A stretch of DNA of 60,469 nt, counting the filler, from Platydemus manokwari (taxonomy: Eukaryota): NCBI GenBank assembly GCA_037951405.1. It is 4 parts of 4 records of this genome, joined end to end, with 100 filler letters (N's around TTAATTAATTAA, not from the genome) between each part and the next. Parts side by side here need not be neighbours in the genome. Positions count along the whole stretch, not along the records: positions 1 to 16,193 come from JBBMOY011200321.1; positions 16,294 to 28,621 come from JBBMOY010186673.1; 2 more parts are not named here. One strand, given 5' to 3'. Positions 12,964 to 25,053 of the stretch are shown one piece after another. Each line of letters begins with the position of its first letter. Position 1 is the first letter of the stretch. Below the pieces are notes generated by a model that searched no databases, was not told the DNA's origin, and saw nothing but the letters and a program-made list of their open reading frames with translations. The translations under genes were made by a program, and so were the position numbers.

Positions 12964-14119
12964 GTAAGATGATCTTCTATCGGTAATGTATTTGCATTAC
13001 TTTCTTTGCTTTATGATCATTTATTTTATTTAGTATCACTAAAATATTTAAAGCCGCTTTGATAAATAAATTAGATATAGATAAGATTATAGAAATATAT
13101 AGGTTTAGAATTATTATTAGATATATCATGATTGTTAACCTTTTAATCGGTTGTGATTATTGGTGAATTTGAGTAATCACATTGCTTTGATTTAATTTTA
13201 AATAATATTTATCGCTTTATCATTAGACTCAGTTAATATCGTTTATTTATTGGAACTCATTATTACTCCACTCGTTTATCACTCAATTATTATCACGGCT
13301 TTTAAATATTGTTTATATCAATTTATTACTGAATACTTATTTATTCGTTTGGCTCTCAATTAGAGATAAATGACATCGGCAATTATTTTTGCCAAATCTG
13401 ACCTAATTGTTTTGATTATTATCAATGTTTTTATCAAACTGAGTGCTATATGCTTTATTTATCAATACTAGTGCATCATATCACTTTTGTTGTTATTGTT
13501 TATATTGATATATTATTACAATTATATTTAGAAATATGATTATTTATAGTAATTGTTATTATTAATAATGCATCATTAATATGTTAGTATTATCATTACT
13601 AAAGTATCATATTATCTGAGAGGCTTGTTTAAATTTTCAGAATTAGTTTTTAAAATTAATGAAAGTTATGACGTCATGTTATCTTCTTATTGTATTATTA
13701 TCACTTCACTACAGCCATTATTGTCATTGTTAAAATCAATTATCAGACCTATTCGATTTTGAATTACAAATACTTTGCATAACTGTTTTCTCTTGCTAAT
13801 TCGAATGAAAACAAAATTCTAACAAACAGATTATTTGATCCTTTTTGACTCTAATTTTTGCTCATCAAGTTGAAAAATTATTTTCACAATATTCATCATA
13901 GTTAATTTTCTAATTATCTTTTCCTGTTTACATTAGTAACGATTGATCGTTGTCGTGTTGCTCTTGTACGCACGCTTTCTTTAGTATTTTGTTGAAAAAA
14001 AATTAAAACACATCGTCATATCGAATATTGAGTTAATTTTGTATTTTATGACAGAAAAAAAATAATTTATTAATAAAAGCTTAGATATAAAAATCTCTTA
14101 AGACAATAATAAAAGTTAC

Positions 14120-14285
14120 TAGATCGTTATTGGTTGTGACCTAGAATCCATCATTTCTTTATTAGATCAGCGTGATTTGTAACCCTTAGCAACTTTACCC
14201 GATTTCATTGTCACTTATCTCTTGGTTGTATCTTAGATCTGCACTGGCATAATCATCGCATTCTGGGAATTCTTTAAAATTTTTG
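14120..14285 (-). mobile_element. Possible LINE RT remnant
   Basis: Minus strand gives MKSGKVA then, frameshifted, ADLIKK, similar to the 'MKxGKAxGxDxITAELIK' LINE RT domain 0; GC-richer island. Confidence 0.3.
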
Positions 14286-14559
14286 TGCCATCTTTATATT
14301 TTTTGACAGATTTTTTTATTGTTTCTTTGATTTTGAAGTTTTCTTACTATTATTTAAATAAAGATTATAATAATTGGTTCATACATAATAATTATTATCA
14401 TTATTAAATTTATATATAAACTTTATACGTCATTGGGGAATGTTTCAAAATTGAAATTCAATATTTTGGTCTGAATATACGCTAGCCCATTTTCAGCGTT
14501 TATTCAAGAATGAAATAAAATAAAATGTGTTATAATATAAATTGTTGGAATTTTAAAAT

Positions 14560-14782
14560 TGTTAGCCGCTACTTATTTTTAAAACGCCACACATTAAAAA
14601 CGAACTAAAAAGTCAAGACACGATCAATCTATTTAAATCCAGTTATTTAAACAAATAATTATAATTTTACATTAATTTAATTTTTTATAAAACTAGAATT
14701 ACATCTGAATATAATTTGAATAAAATGTGAATAAAATTGTTTTGAATTAAATTGAGATTTAATTCATAATAAATATCTCACA
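14560..14782 (-). mobile_element. Inverted solo copy of the TRIM-like terminal repeat
   Basis: The reverse complement starts TGTGAGA and ends AAATAAGTAGCGGCTAACA. It shares TTGTTTAAATAACTGGATTTAAATAGAT...GACTTTTTAGTTCGTTTTTAAT with the repeats at 15084-15245 and 15507-15669. Confidence 0.65.
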
Positions 14783-14789
14783 AAAATGA

Positions 14790-15827
14790 AACGGAATTTT
14801 TAAAGATTTTATAATCAAATTATATAGTAACAAAAAACAAATATTAATATACCTAAATAATTGTAGCTAAAATATATTTCTTTGATTTTATAAAATAGTA
14901 GCGGCTAACATGGCGTTCATGTATTTGGATTCTATTATAAGAATTGTCTATGAAGTAAGATAATGAGAAAATATATTAAAAATGTAAAGTATTTATCGAG
15001 AATTTATAGAGAAATTAACGAGAAGATACAAAGTAGATAAAAATTTCATATTATTAAATAGCTAGAGAATTTTATATAAATATTGTGAGAATTTTTAAAT
15101 GAATGAAATTTTTAAATTTTTAATTCAAACTTTATATAAAATTATATTTTTTTTATTTAAATAATTGGATTTAAATAGATCATTTGGTTTTTTGACTTTT
15201 TAGTTCGTTTTTAATATGTTGTTTTTGAAATAGTAACGGCTTACGTGGCGACCACTCATCTGGATTCGGTTCTGAAAATATCAATGACTGAGAATTATGG
15301 AAGAGAAAGAGGACGATAATAAGACTACGTTGAGAATATATAAAGAAGATATTAAAAAGTTAAAGAGAAGATATAAAGGAAGATATAATTAAGATATGAA
15401 ACAAGATTATTAAAAGATAGAAGAATTACAGTTTTCAGGTAAATAAATATGTAGAGTATTCGATACAAGGATAATTAAGAAAATCAAGGATTTTAATGAA
15501 GGAGTATGTGGAAATTCTCCAATGAATTAAATTTGTTATAGATTGAATTCAAATTTTAAATAAAGTTATACGTATTTGTTTTAATAATTGTATTTTAAAT
15601 AGATTATTTGATGTCGTGACTTTTCCGTTTCTTTTTTAATATGTGGTTTAGTAATAGTAACTGTTAGCAAATATAATTAAGAATAAATAAAAAGTAAAAG
15701 ATTTTAAAGAAATGTGGATGTGAGGATTTTAAAATAAATTAAAATAATAGCAGTTAAAATATAATTTTGTGTCGTGGCTTTGAAGTTTTTTTTTAATATG
15801 TGTTTTATAAAATAGTAGAGGCTTACA
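14790..15827 (+). mobile_element. Tandem array of non-autonomous LTR-like elements (TRIM-like): LTR-internal-LTR-internal-LTR-internal-LTR
   Basis: Four related repeats ending AATAGTARCGGCTWACA-like at 14910, 15245, 15669 and 15827; three begin TGTG (15084, 15507, 15719). TGGCG PBS-like motifs at 14911 and 15246; purine-rich AAGATTTTAA..GA(A)G tracts precede LTR3 and LTR4; no ORF. Confidence 0.65.
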
Positions 15828-16193
15828 CAATAAATATGTGACCAAATCAATAATACACATATAATTTAATATTATAATTATTGATTATCAAAAATATTAA
15901 ATTATTTTTCAATCTGAACTGAGATTTGATTTTTTCTTTTTCCATCGGGAAATGTTTTCTTTGAAAAATTTTCTTTAAACATTTACTTTCAAATTTATTT
16001 TGATTTTTCTCAGGAAAACTTGCTAAACTTATTAAGGTTAATCAACTATAAAAGTATTTATACATTGTGAGATATTTGATATTAAATGAATTTCAATTTA
16101 ATTCGAAACAATTTAAATTATTGGGTCTATAACTTAATAACCGGAATTTGACACCAGATGTAAACACTTGTGTGTGTGCTGTAGCAAATCATT

Positions 16194-16293
16194 NNNNNNN
16201 NNNNNNNNNNNNNNNNNNNNNNNNNNNNNNNNNNNNNTTAATTAATTAANNNNNNNNNNNNNNNNNNNNNNNNNNNNNNNNNNNNNNNNNNNN
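16194..16293. other. Artificial contig spacer (44 N + TTAATTAATTAA + 44 N)
   Basis: The identical 100-bp construct occurs three times; TTAATTAATTAA gives stops in all six frames. Confidence 0.97.
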
Positions 16294-16354
<61 letters not shown>

Positions 16355-16378
16355 TTATTATTATTATTATCATTATTA
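16294..16378. repeat. (ATT)n microsatellite at contig start
   Basis: attattattatt... run directly after the spacer. Confidence 0.95.
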
Positions 16379-17358
16379 TATTTAAAAATCTTTTGGTATC
16401 ATTCATAGACAAATGAAGCACATCTATCATAAAACCCATCATAATGCACACAATCAATAGTTTTTTAAAGGATTTAAGAGTAATTTTGTTGTTTGAAATC
16501 GAATATTTTTTACAAACGATCTTTAAATTATCCGTAAAATTGATTATTTGAAAAACCGATCAGATCATATTGGAATTTATTGGAAATTAGGGATGACTTC
16601 TTGTGTAACATTAGCAGCCAATGGAAATTTTTATAAATTATATTGTGTTTTGTTGTTTCATTTTAGTTTTATAGACAGACACTTATGAATCGTACGTTGT
16701 ATTTCGAATTATGGAGGAAGTATAAATGTTCTGACGTATTCAATACCATGAGCCATTTCTTGTAATCGATATTGAATTAAAATTTTACTATTTTTATTCT
16801 TTTTTTTAATTTAAAAGTGAATTTAAATAAAAATTTCATAAAAATTAAAAAACATTTTACTAATACACGAAAAGTCATTACATAAAAATGGATCAAAACA
16901 CTATTTTTCTTAATTTCAATCTACAAAATCTCCATTTCTTGATGCATAACACACATTTTTTGTTGGTTTTTAGAAAATTTGGGTTATTTCTATTTCTGGT
17001 AAAGTTAATTCAATACAAGGTTTATGGTCAATGATTTTATCTTTATTTCTTTATTTATGCTGTGATTTATTATTTGATTTTATTGCCGTTATTTTGATAA
17101 ATCTTATTATAAATTGATGCATTATATATAAATATCTGATATAATGTTTATTATTATTGATATTGTTATGATTCTGTTTTCGGTTGGACTTTTAATTTTA
17201 TAATATTATTTATTTTTATTATTTCTTTCTTTATTTCATTGTATCGATCTGTAGAAATGAAACACCATCTTATTGTTTTATCAGATGCTCATACACGCAA
17301 CTCATAGCTGTTTAATTTATCAAAATGGACCTTTTAATAGCTTGTTCACCTTGTCTAG

Positions 17359-18020
17359 GATATGAAATGTGTCGGTAGTCAATATCTTGAAGCTATTAGA
17401 CGTATTAAAACATTTTCACCGGATTATGTTCCAGAACGAGATGTTTACGTTCTCTTTGTTCCGGACGAAGAGATCGGTGGCGAAGTGGGAATGAAACTAT
17501 TTGTGAAATCAGAAACATTTGCCAATATGAATGTACGATGGACGATGAAATCAATTTGACAATGATTTGTGTGTAGATAGGAATATTTATGGACGAAGGA
17601 CTTGCCAATCCGGGAGAGGAATATTCGGCGTTCTATGGAGAGAGATTAATTTGGTGGATGAGATTTCATATTTCTGGAAATACTGGACATGGATCTCAGT
17701 TTATATCGAATACTGCCGGAAAGAAAGCTCATATTTTGCTCAGCAAGTGAGAAATTTAAGGAAAATCAATAATTTTGGATATCTTGTGAAGATTTATGAA
17801 CTTCCGGGAGCAAGAAGAAACACGAATGAAGCAAAACGGGTTGACATTAGGCGATGTGACAACTGTCAACTTGACGGGTACATCTGGAGGAGTTCAACAT
17901 AATGTTGTGCCATCTCCTTTCACTTTGGACTTTGATGTAAGGATAACTCCAGAAACCGATTTGATAGAATTTCGAAAAATGATCGATGGATGGATTGAGG
18001 AAGCTGGAGATGGGATAGAA
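17359..18020 (+). CDS. ACY1: Aminoacylase-1 (M20A peptidase family), three internal exons; 5' and 3' exons not found
   Basis: Exons 17359-17532, 17577-17746, 17792-18020 splice in phase to DMKCVGSQYLEAIRRI...FVPDEEIGG...MDEGLANP...FYGER...GNTGHGS...NTAG...LGDVTTVNLTG..GGVQHNVVP...FDVRITP, the classic ACY1 motifs. Confidence 0.9.
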
Positions 18021-18300
18021 GTAAATTTATTGTTCTCAATTTACGAGCCATATTTCGACAATCCATGATTTGATAATCGTTTGTTTAATTTTGTCTATCA
18101 TTTAGCCAGCTTAATTTCGCCAATATTAAATTTTCGTTTTTTAATTTCAGTTTTTTTCTCTTTTTTGGCTTTTTTTCAATATTTTTAAACTTTTTTTCTT
18201 CTGTTATTGCGCAATAATTATTGAATTTATTCTTATTTTCTCTATTTTTTTATTTCTATACTTATCGAATAAATGAGCTAAAAATATAAAATCAATTATT

Positions 18301-18345
<45 letters not shown>
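18301..18345. repeat. (AAT)n microsatellite
   Basis: taataataataat... run seen directly. Confidence 0.9.
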
Positions 18346-18348
<3 letters not shown>

Positions 18349-19624
18349 ATATTCATTAATATAAAAATACAATGATTAAAATAAGAAAAAAATGGAGAAT
18401 AAGAATTAAAGAGATAAAAATCGATAATATAAACAGAAAATTCAATGACAACAGGTACTGGAACTATTAGAAATTAGTTGTGTTTATAATGGAATTTATA
18501 AATATTAGTAATTTGATTGGTGAGATATTCTATAATATTCACCAGGTAAGTTCCATCTTAAGATGAATCATGATGAAAAAACTTTCCATTGATTTTCATT
18601 TGTAATTTTATGGTCATTATTTTTCTGTAACCAGGGCGTTTTTAAGTTCGTCAAAATCGCTTAAATTTATCAGGTAAATCTTTACAACCTCTAATAATAT
18701 TCGTGAGCTCCTAGCAGATCTAAACTAACTTTATCCATCTAACGGTTGGAAAAAATGATTCTCCTCTGAAATCACCGTCGTTCTTTTTATCACATAGATT
18801 TATTAAAGATTTTCTATTGACTAAATATTCTTTGGTATTAGTTTTACAGACGAATTTGTGCCAGGAGAAATACTGAAATGGAATGAGATTACTAAAAATT
18901 TATAAAAAAATAATGAAAAAACTAAAAACAAGCAATGAAACGTTTTATATTCATTTGTAATAAGGGAGTTTTGTCACCTAGTCATGCAATGTTGCCAAGT
19001 AATAGGAAACTGTTTTTGTAAATTGCATGCATATCTTATGGATTACGCAATATATTTTTCATCAACTCAGCCAACCAAATTAAACAACTTTTTTTAAATA
19101 GCCATTAGAGACTGAATAAAAACTAAATTCTAATGATATTTAATGGAATTTATCGGATAATTGATTTAATTATTGATTAAAGAATATTTATCTTTAATTA
19201 CTTGTCATTAATATCTACGAATATCTTTTGATTCAACAAACTAAATCACATTATTGATTTTATAAGATATGTAATAATTTCCATCGAAAATCTGAGACTT
19301 CTCAAAAATTGTAGTTACTGAATAAGTAGGAAATAAACAATCGATAAAATAATTTTTATATTAAATCGACTAAATAAAATGATCAAACTGCAATATATAG
19401 ATCGACTCCAAAATGTCATCGATGGAATTTAATGCCACTCGTCTATTTTCCGCCAATAAAAATAAAGAAATAGTCGGATAACTAATTTTAGGTATTATTG
19501 TAAACATTTCTTTAAACAACATATTTTTTATTTTAAGATTTTTCTTGGTAATTGTGAGGATTTAATGAATTGAAATTTGAAAAATTTTCAAACCGGATTT
19601 TTATAAAATATTAATTTTTTAAAA

Positions 19625-19902
19625 CACATTGACGGACAGTAGAAACAAATGAAGTTCGAAATTTAACACTATATGTGCGTACTTAAGCTGCAAATCGTGT
19701 AATAGGTGGAAAACAAAAGTCAACCGAAAGAATTGTTTCCAAAACATGACACTAGTCTTCTATTTGTACGCCGGTAAATGCACATATGTGCCGCTATAGC
19801 CGCATTGTCCAAAAAAACCGTTTCGTTTCAGAAGACTATTTCCGTCATGCCACATAGTGAAAATCCCTTTGACGGTTACAGACGCAAGTGTCCGTCAACG
19901 TG
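19625..19902. mobile_element. piggyBac-type MITE (278 bp)
   Basis: Terminal inverted repeats CACATTGACGGACA / TGTCCGTCAACGTG, TTAA immediately 3', GC-richer interior without an ORF; second family member at 44906-44976. Confidence 0.7.
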
Positions 19903-22130
19903 TTAAACTCTTTATTTTATTTATTATTAATTTCCACAATTTTTATTAAAAATTCATTCTCTTACATTAATATTGTTTAAATGACTTTGTTGGGGTGCAG
20001 TTTTCATTTTAAATGGGTACTATGTACTACCTAACCCATTACTGTAGGTATTAATTAAACAAAAATGCGTTTAAGTGCTGACCGCAATGGCTATAGATAA
20101 TGTTAGGTTAGTTCCATTATGACGAAATTTATAAAGTTCACTTTTTAAATGAATAACCAAAATAACACTATTTATAAAAAATTATTTTATCAATCACAAT
20201 TATTTTTACACTCAGAAAAACTCACAATAATTTTACTAAGCAAACTTGTAATGTGATCATGCCGTGAACGCCAGAGGCTACTGCAAATCCTAAAATTTTA
20301 TTTTTATAAAGTTTTTAATATGAGCCGAAAGGTCTGATCCTTTTGGAGATTAATTAAGCTTTTTAAGTAGATTATTTTTATATATTAATTATCTATTTTA
20401 AGTATTAATAATTTTTTTTACTAATATTTTTGTCTTTTGTTCTTTTCTTTTCAAGGACAAAACTATCGTTTTTCACTTTGAAGTTCTGACTTTCAATTCA
20501 GAGTTTAATTCGTCGTTTTTTTAGAATGAGTTGGTAGTTTATGTAATTGTCGATGTTGGATATTTCGTATCTTCCGTCATTCACTAAAATTTATTATTTT
20601 TTCGACAAAATGTCATAAAAGTTATGATTTTTGGTACCATAATATTTTATGGAATATTTTAAAATTTCATAAATTTAATTGGACTATTGATTCAACCTTT
20701 TAAAATCTAACTAATGTCATTTTGATATTAAAAGTTAATAATTGGGTTTTTTTTACTTTATTTTGATTAATTTATTTAATTTGCTATCACAAATTTAATT
20801 TATTAATATTTCATATAAATAATAATTTATCTTTTCACAAATGATCATAAAATTACATAAAATGTTTCAAATTTATCAAATTTTCATAATTAAATAAAAT
20901 GTTTAAATAAAATGTTTCAGATTCTGATCTTTTTATTTTTGGATCGTGATTTATGGAATTTCATCCTTCATTGTCATATTTCATATTCATTGTCAAAAGA
21001 AACTTTAAATTGTAAACAAAATTCACGAAATCATGCAAGCGTAATATGAATTGATAAGAATTTTACCAAAATGTATGCTGTTTTTACATATTGACTCTGT
21101 TTAAGCTTGTGGTTCTTGTAAGTTTTCTTTTGAATTTCAAACACAAATTTTAAATTTCTGTAGATATTTAAGAACCATTTGAAATGTATTTATTTGACAA
21201 ATGCAATTGATAAAAATGTAAAAATCTTATTTCATAGCATAACAAGCAAATAAACACCCACTAATTCATTGAAGTTGTTTTTGAAAATGAAGACTTCAAT
21301 TTTTATAAAGTAGAATGTCAACGAATATAAAACATGAATGGCAGTGTTCCAACACAATTAAAAAAGTATTTTTATTTTAAATAATAATAATAATAATTTA
21401 TAAAATAAAATTTTAATTTTAACTGATTTTTTAAGTTAAATGTCAAGTCTAGAGTCAATGTCTTGTTTTTTTCGATATATTTAACAATAAAATATTATTT
21501 AATATACTTAGTTCCCTGGGTCAGACTTGACATATTTTATTAACTTTACAACCCTGCTAAATTTCTTTTTCCAATGTTTCTAATGATTATTTTAAGTCTT
21601 AAGTATCAAAAATCAAATACTTAGTGTACACCAAGCATATAATTAACAAATGTCTTGTTTCTTATTCACACACATTAAAGTCACTTTCACAAGCGCATTA
21701 AACTTAATATTAGCACGTTTAGGTTAAGTTTTCAACTATTTAAATTTAAACTAAAAGCAAATTCATTCAGTTATTTATATCATATGAAATTTATTCAAGC
21801 AATTTTATTTAATTAATGGTAATTAATTGATTCTATTTAAATTTGCAATTATTAAACATTGCAATACATAATCAAATTAGCACATTAACTCATTTATTCA
21901 AAACATTAATATAAAAATAAGGGTGTAAAAGGAAATGTTTATTAGTAAACGTGACAAACAATCTGAAGCTCAGTAAAAGAATCCTTTAGTTTAAAGAATA
22001 TTTAAAAGTTTTGATATTAAAAACTTATTATTCTCTTTAGTGCAAAGAAATTTTCATTTGATTTGTTTAAATTATATTTATAATTAGCGCGAGATTAGAA
22101 CTGTATTTTGATAATATATTTTTTTAAATT

Positions 22131-23592
22131 ATGGCTTGTGATGAATTTATTGGATGCCTTTTAACTAGTTTTGGAATTCCAATTGTTCTTATATTATTTA
22201 CTATAATTTCCCACCCACTAAGAATTATTACACTTATAATCAGGTTTTCGATTTTAATTTAATTCTTGTTTATAATTAAATTTTGTAGTTCTAGTTTCTG
22301 GTTAGTCGCATTTTTATTTTCATCAATAATATGGTTTGCTGTTGTACCACTAAGAGATAAACTTGCGTTTGGAGTTGTTTTTTCTGTTCTTCTCCAAGAA
22401 GGCATGCGAGTTCTATTTGTTTATTGTCTCCAGTAATTAAATTGTATATAATTTTCAATGAATAATTTGATTCAGCAAAATCGATAGTGGTATAAAATTG
22501 ATCTTATCAGATCTCAAAAGTTACGAATCAAGTACCGATCGTTCGGTAATAAGTAACAATAATATCGCTAATACACCAAATAATGTTTCGGAGCATCATG
22601 CGGTTGGTGAAAGCACCTTGGACGGGGATAAATTGTTAAATGCAAATATTAAATCAAATAGTATATTTAATGTAATGGGATTTGCTTATGTTGGTGGTCT
22701 TGGATTTGGAATTATTTCCGGTCTTTTTGCAACATTGAACATGCTGGTAGCATTGTATGGTCCTGGGACACTTGGTTTTTATGGAGAATCTTCGAATTTT
22801 ATTAATTTCTATGGTAAATTTTATAAAAAATATCTATTAACCATAAAATAATTTTCATCAATTATTTTCAATTGTATAATAAATCTCTTGAATAGATTCG
22901 TTCTATTAAGTAATACAATATTGTTTATTATCGTTAATGTTACATTAATCTTGTCACATGATTAGTATTAAGGTAAAACTGACGTGATTTTATTTTCCAT
23001 GAATTTATATTAATATTCAATAAAATTATTCTTAGACATTTATCTGTAAAAGCATTGGATAAAATAATCTAATGATGAAATTAAAATGTCTTTATTTAGA
23101 TTTAAATCATTCTAAAATCATGTTATAAAGCAATTTAGTCTAACTAGATTTTATTGGACAAAATTGAACCAATCAAATTCTAATAATTTTTAATCATCAA
23201 ATTGAATATTTTCAGCTGCACAAACCCTCTTTCTTATCCTCATTCATACAGCTTTCCATGTAATAATGATGAGGGCGTTCCAGATGAAATCATTTGTCAA
23301 AATTGGAGCAGTCGTTGCCATCCATATGATATTTTCGTGCTTGGTAAGCATTTAATATGATTTCCATGTTGTCTTCTGCAATGATCATGTCATGTAGACA
23401 CTCGCAAACGGATATTCTAGCCCAGCTCCTGAGATAATTCTGGGATTAAATTGTATAATTTGTATCATCTCGTGTTGCTGGGCTTTTATCGAGGCCGGTG
23501 GTCGATTTCAGCGGATAATCTGGGCAATTTGTCTCAATTTTAGACGATTTAATCGATTTTTAAGGTATCGCAATACAACCAGTAATATTTGA
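22131..23592 (+). CDS. APH1: Gamma-secretase subunit APH-1, complete, 5 exons, about 305 aa
   Basis: Exons 22131-22243, 22289-22432, 22476-22813, 23216-23343, 23398-23592 are in phase: FIGCLLTSFG...HPLRII..ISSSFWLV...SSIIWFAVVPLR...FSVLLQEGMR...AYVGGLGFGIISGLF...GPGTLGFYGES...LIHT...AIHM. The GxxxG motif and both conserved histidines are present. Confidence 0.93.
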
Positions 23593-24422
23593 TTTGCGAT
23601 ATTCAATAAATTTCACTGCTCTAAATTCTATTATTCATGTAATCAATAAAATGATATATCATGCGTCAATGTTCTCTCCATTAATCATGTTTTATTATTT
23701 ATATTAGCAACGGTTGCTATGGACAAATGTATAATGCTATGACTTTTTTGTTATTTATTTTAATTTTCCCTCCATTTTCCTTGAGAAATCACGGTTATTT
23801 GATAACGATAACAAAATGTTTTGTTTAAATTATCAAATAAATAGTTAATTAAAACAATCGGCAAATTCAAGCCAATTAAATTGCTCATTGAAGGTCATCT
23901 ACTAGACTTTAGCATTTGAGATTTATGAATTTAATTATTTCTTTCCTCTGTTATTTTATCGGAAAAATTTTCTCCACGTCATATTCGTAGACATCGGCAA
24001 TCTTTCTTGAATCGTTATTCATCCAATTTCCTTATCTGGTGCCATTCTCTCCTAGCATATCTCCTCTATTTTTACGTCCAGAACACATGAAATCTTCATT
24101 CATGATAATTTTGTGTGTAACTTGATAGATTTTATCAACAATTGATCTCAATATCGAATATTTTGTCAATGTCACGCTCTGACATACTTCAACAGCCAAT
24201 GTCTGTCATTCACTTTCGAAAAAACATGATTTTATTATCGGTCAACCGACATAATTGTGCTGGCTTTATCATTCAGATTGATTGATTACAACTGTTAATG
24301 GTGATTATTATTGGTGATTTTGTCCATTATAGCAATTATCAGAATTCGGTTTTTATTAATGAAATCACTAGACGAATTATTTTGTCATTCTTGTTTTAAT
24401 ATTTATTGATTTTTTAATACAC

Positions 24423-24867
24423 AGTGGGCATTTTAAAATGAGAATTTGAAAGATTTTATAATCCGATTTTATATATCGATTTGTTTAAATAGTCGTGAAT
24501 AAATATAATTTTTGTGATGTGACCTTCCAATTTGTAGTAGCGATTTAGAAGGCGACCAAGTATTCGGATTCGATTCTGGGATGGCCATTGACATAAAATT
24601 ATAGAAAAGGAGTTAGATATGGTGATGATATAAAATAGATAAACAAAATAAAAATTTTAAATGGATAAATGTTTAGAGAATTTGGTTAGGAAGTAATTAA
24701 GAATATATAGAAAATCAAAGATTTTAAATAAAGATGGACTTAAGGATTTAAAAAATTTAAAAGATTTTGTACTGATTTGTTTAAATAAATGTGATTAAAT
24801 ATAATTTTTTGTGTTGTTACTTCTATTCGTTTTTAATACATGCCTTATAAAATAGTAGCAGCTTACA
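24423..24867 (+). mobile_element. Stand-alone two-LTR TRIM-like element, same family as the 14790-15827 array
   Basis: 5' repeat about 24423-24549, then AGGCGACCAAGTATTCGGATTCG (compare TGGCGACCACTCATCTGGATTCG at 15246), a purine-rich interior ending AAAATCAAAGATTTTAAATAAAGATGGA, and a 3' repeat about 24739-24867 ending AAAATAGTAGCAGCTTACA. Confidence 0.65.
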
Positions 24868-25053
24868 CTCCATAATAATATGAAAGTCCTGCATTTACAA
24901 GTAGTTATGTTTAATAAACAAAGCCATCACATTTTTATCAATTTTATCTCTATCAGAGTAATGGGCTATCGTAACTATTTAAATTTTCTTGGATATTGAT
25001 ACAACTTAGCAGTTTTGGATATACTTTCTTGACAATTCGTGGTTGATCCCTTC

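Noticed and set aside
14790-15827. Repeat-spacer pattern as a CRISPR-like array
   Set aside because: Repeats are over 100 bp and diverged, interiors are mutually related, the context is eukaryotic and there are no cas genes; an LTR-type structure explains it better.
16238-16249. TTAATTAATTAA palindrome recurring three times as a possible biological motif
   Set aside because: Always centred between 44-N runs; it is an assembly linker.
16242-16457. Poly-isoleucine ORF in the ORF track
   Set aside because: It is a translation of the (ATT)n microsatellite running into Ns.
20318-20342. Hammerhead ribozyme (TGAGCCGAAAGG)
   Set aside because: It lacks the CTGA core and the downstream GAAA/stem III pairing.
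24975-25053. EGINHELSRKY on the minus strand as a Copia integrase fragment
   Set aside because: Too short, and the diagnostic PQQNG..ER motif is absent.
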